Source: Deferribacterales bacterium UBA4806
Lineage (GTDB): Bacteria; Chrysiogenota; Deferribacteres; Deferribacterales; UBA228
NCBI GenBank assembly: GCA_002402635.1
Contig: DHGE01000126.1
Location: forward strand, 893 to 64,892
Length of the DNA: 64,000 nt
Direction: 5' to 3'
Translations under genes and position numbers: made by a program
The notes under the pieces: model-generated
Seen by the model: the letters and a program-made list of their open reading frames with translations, nothing else
Databases searched by the model: none
Told to the model about the DNA's origin: nothing
In this document: in pieces, positions 61,165 to 64,000 of the stretch
Layout of the letters: each line of letters starts with the position of its first letter
Numbering within the stretch: position 1 is the first letter of the stretch

Positions 61165-63785
61165 TATTGTTCTATCGCCCAGTTATAGTAAAAACTATTA
61201 CTGTGTTTATCTGATATATTAAAATATATTAAAATATATCCTAAAGGTGTATCAGGGTCATCCCAAGTTAATGAATTAATTTTAGCATTAACTGTTAAAC
61301 TATAACCACTTATTGAAAAAGTTACCCCCACATTACCTGAACCCCTACTCCATACAATATTTCTTAGACTTGTTGTTATTCCCTTAACAGTATCATCATC
61401 ATATAAATTTAATGTTATAGAATATGTACTGCCCACAACAGGACCGAATGTGCGTCTTATATTTGCGCTACTATTAACATATTTTAAATCATCACCAGAA
61501 ACGGAACCATCCCAATATATTGCACTAGCTGACACAGGAATATAGTTAGGTCTTATTTGTATATTATTTATTACTGTATTTGAAGAAGAATAATGACTTT
61601 CTGTTGCGGATATTGTTAACCGTATAAAAGGGTCTATAAATCTGTATTTGGTAGTGAAAAGAGTACCTATATCCTGTATATTCCACGAAGCATTATCAAT
61701 TTTTATTTTGTAGGAGGAATTATTGACTTTGGTAATAGTTATTCCTACAGCATTGGGATTTTTAAAACTTGTATTATATGCCCAGGATATTTCCGTAAAT
61801 GTTACATTGCTATCAATTATTGGTGTCCCATCTGGACTAGTTATATTTATTGTATATTCTTTATATTCTTTTAAAACCGGATAGGTACCGTGGTCGGGGT
61901 CTGAATTTAGAACTGCTACTGGTGGTTTATAATTTCTTATTAACACATTATACCCAACCCATTCTGTAGTATGATAACCATTTGAAGCTCGTAGATAAAA
62001 TGTTTTTGTTTGATTTATATTGGTAGTATCGTAACCTGGGGTATATGTAATGGTATCCTGTTTTGGGTAATTATATATTTTATTCTCTGGTGTTTTAAGT
62101 TGGTAAAAAATATCCCCCATAATACTGGTACTATGTTGTGTTATAGTGATATTAAGTGGTAAATCATAAATACAATCAGATGGGAAAGAGGCTGTAAAAT
62201 TAGTTAATTCGTTATTTATATTTATTAAATATGGTTGTGTATTTATTAAGGTAGTATTACTATTGTTAACTGCGTTATTTAGTTGTCCTTCAATACTATT
62301 AAAATAATTGGTTGCCTCGATATTCAAGGTATTAACATTTTCTACCAAGGTATCCTTATCGTTTGTTATAATCTGAATATCTGTATTTAATATTTCCTCT
62401 TTACTTGCTAAATCATTTTCGATATTCTGTAAATTGGTATTTATTATAGTTATTCTATTATTGTAACCAGTTAAGTTTGGTTGTAGGGTACTAATCCCGT
62501 TGTTGAGACTTGTTATCCTACTATTTATAGTGTTATTTCTATTTTCAAAGTCGTTGAATTTATTATATTCTGTTAAATAAATGGAGTTAGCGTCATTATA
62601 TCTGTTGGTAGGTAAAGAATTATTTATAAATTGACTTAATTGTGTTTCTAGATTGGTTAAGATACTATTAAAATAGTTTACAAAATTAATATTAATTTCC
62701 GTAGTAAAATCTGTCAGTTGTTTATTGTTTAAGCTGTTTAAGGTAGTATTTATATTATTTATAGTGGTCTCTATTACATCTAGTTGGTTATCTATATTAA
62801 TAACTATATTTTGCATATTGTTGATTATAGTTATTATTTGTGAATTAACATTATTATAGTTAGTAATGGCATTTTCTAAATTGGTCTGTGTATTATTTAG
62901 ATAACCTTCTAACTCGGTTATTTCATCACTTAATTCGCCAAACTGCTGTTGTAATAAAGTTAGGTTATTTTGTAAATCCTTGTTGAGTTGGTTAAGTATT
63001 TCATTATTCCTACTAACGTTGTTTTGTATATTATATAAATCAGTTACAAATATATAATCGCTTTTCCTAAATGGTTTTAGAAATTTTATTGTATTATAAT
63101 TTATATATTGATAATCTATATTACTTACTAACAAATCTCCCTTATAGTCAAATATCTGCGTAGAGGGATAAATATAAATGGGCAGGGTAAACAGGTCATC
63201 TACATTAATATTGTTTTCAAAATAGATAACAGAATTCAAAAAAGGTTTTACATTGTTTAGGTTATTTACATAATCATAAAACACACCAAAGCCATTTAGG
63301 GATAAATCTTCTATAGCAGATATTTCTATTTCCAAGTAATTCCACAGTGTGTCTGGTTTTATTAGGCTAAGTGCTGGGATTTCTTTAAAATCATCAATAG
63401 CACTTAATCTATATTTTAAAGTGTAATTTCCTACCCCCTCTACATATATATAAAATATATCATATCTTATTTGAGGAATTATCTTATATCTAACGCTAGT
63501 GTTTTTATATACTTTTAGGACATTATTTTGTAGTACAGGTAATGGAGAGCCTACTTTTTGTAAGCTCGATATATTTGTATTCTCGTAAAAGATTAATTTT
63601 TTACAGATATTAAAATTGCTATTTTGTAATATATCCGTTAATAGAGTATCTTCCAGATATTTATTCTTGTAGTAATTTTGCTGGGAAAAGATAAACTGGT
63701 CAGTTACATTAATATTTTTATTAATTATTTCGTAACTATTATGTAACTGGTTGGTTTTATCTAAATTGGTAAAGTTAATGGGCAT
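61164..63785 (-). CDS. large Asn-rich coiled-coil tail fibre (paralog)
   Basis: Same architecture, with a distinct beta-rich C-terminal region. Confidence 0.6.
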   Translation of the reverse strand: MPINFTNLDKTNQLHNSYEIINKNINVTDQFIFSQQNYYKNKYLEDTLLTDILQNSNFNICKKLIFYENTNISSLQKVGSPLPVLQNNVLKVYKNTSVRYKIIPQIRYDIFYIYVEGVGNYTLKYRLSAIDDFKEIPALSLIKPDTLWNYLEIEISAIEDLSLNGFGVFYDYVNNLNNVKPFLNSVIYFENNINVDDLFTLPIYIYPSTQIFDYKGDLLVSNIDYQYINYNTIKFLKPFRKSDYIFVTDLYNIQNNVSRNNEILNQLNKDLQNNLTLLQQQFGELSDEITELEGYLNNTQTNLENAITNYNNVNSQIITIINNMQNIVINIDNQLDVIETTINNINTTLNSLNNKQLTDFTTEININFVNYFNSILTNLETQLSQFINNSLPTNRYNDANSIYLTEYNKFNDFENRNNTINSRITSLNNGISTLQPNLTGYNNRITIINTNLQNIENDLASKEEILNTDIQIITNDKDTLVENVNTLNIEATNYFNSIEGQLNNAVNNSNTTLINTQPYLININNELTNFTASFPSDCIYDLPLNITITQHSTSIMGDIFYQLKTPENKIYNYPKQDTITYTPGYDTTNINQTKTFYLRASNGYHTTEWVGYNVLIRNYKPPVAVLNSDPDHGTYPVLKEYKEYTINITSPDGTPIIDSNVTFTEISWAYNTSFKNPNAVGITITKVNNSSYKIKIDNASWNIQDIGTLFTTKYRFIDPFIRLTISATESHYSSSNTVINNIQIRPNYIPVSASAIYWDGSVSGDDLKYVNSSANIRRTFGPVVGSTYSITLNLYDDDTVKGITTSLRNIVWSRGSGNVGVTFSISGYSLTVNAKINSLTWDDPDTPLGYILIYFNISDKHSNSFYYNWAIEQ

Positions 63786-63796
63786 TTAACATCCAT

Positions 63797-64000
63797 CTAA
63801 ATGACATAAACTCTAAGATTTTGGGCGTAGCACCTATAAAAACTATTAGTGGAGTTTAAGGATACTTTTATACGGGTTTGACTAATATCCTGTATTCCAT
63901 TAACAATGTATTGTCTTTCTACATACCCATCGGACTTTCCTACGTAATAAGTTTCATTTCTTGTCATTTCAGCCCAATTACCATTTGTATCCTGATAGTA
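63797..64000 (-). CDS. C-terminal 67 aa of a structural protein (gene starts beyond the window end)
   Basis: Own translation YYQDTNGNWAEMTRNETYYVGKSDGYVERQYIVNGIQDISQTRIKVSLNSTNSFYRCYAQNLRVYVI, stop at 63797-63799. Confidence 0.5.
   Translation of the reverse strand, partial: YYQDTNGNWAEMTRNETYYVGKSDGYVERQYIVNGIQDISQTRIKVSLNSTNSFYRCYAQNLRVYVI

Noticed and set aside
1-64000. Diversity-generating retroelement acting on the fibre genes, and stop-codon recoding
   Set aside because: No reverse transcriptase ORF or template/variable repeat pair was seen near the fibre C-termini. Standard-code ORFs tile the window almost completely, so no alternative genetic code is needed.

Overview
The window is a visibly AT-rich piece of a large tailed-phage (or prophage) genome in three transcription blocks: minus 1-31004, plus 31345-40639, minus 40634-64000. 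No rRNA, tRNA or CRISPR array was seen.

Block 1 (minus strand):
- The left edge holds the N-terminal 204 aa of an IscB-type RNA-guided nuclease. The only GC-enriched, hairpin-dense non-coding stretch of the window lies directly upstream and is a candidate omega-RNA.
- A T4-like replication and recombination module follows. It contains Mre11/SbcD with a Rad50/SbcC split into two genes, RecA/UvsX, a gp32-like SSB, a clamp loader and a beta-clamp. It also contains a family-A polymerase split into a UDG-like/3'-5' exonuclease gene and a polymerase gene, plus DnaB, a DnaC-like loader, an initiator with internal iterons, and a primase.
- Two free-standing GIY-YIG/NUMOD3 homing endonucleases are present.
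- A complete 7-deazaguanine DNA-modification cluster is present (FolE, QueD, QueE, QueC, QueF, DpdA).
- An uncharacterised ParB-DUF5131(CxxxCxxC) fusion sits next to a TcmP-like partner.
- A small sigma-like factor is present.

Block 2 (plus strand):
- These early-type genes are driven by TTGACT-N16-TATAAT promoters.
- They include a SNF2 helicase, a standalone TSCPD protein and an orphan NPPY adenine methyltransferase.

Block 3 (minus strand):
- It starts with an unexpected accessory island: a dCache-HAMP chemoreceptor, a PilB/GspE ATPase, a duplicated stand-alone MshEN-like domain, and several small envelope proteins.
- A large fibre and receptor-binding module follows. It has tandem paralog families, a repeat-propeller protein, and three very large Asn-rich fibres, one ending in a fibrinogen-like YCDM..GGW domain.

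A conserved 40-bp phage-specific promoter-like motif occurs six times.

All functional calls come from reading motifs in the translations; no database search was run.
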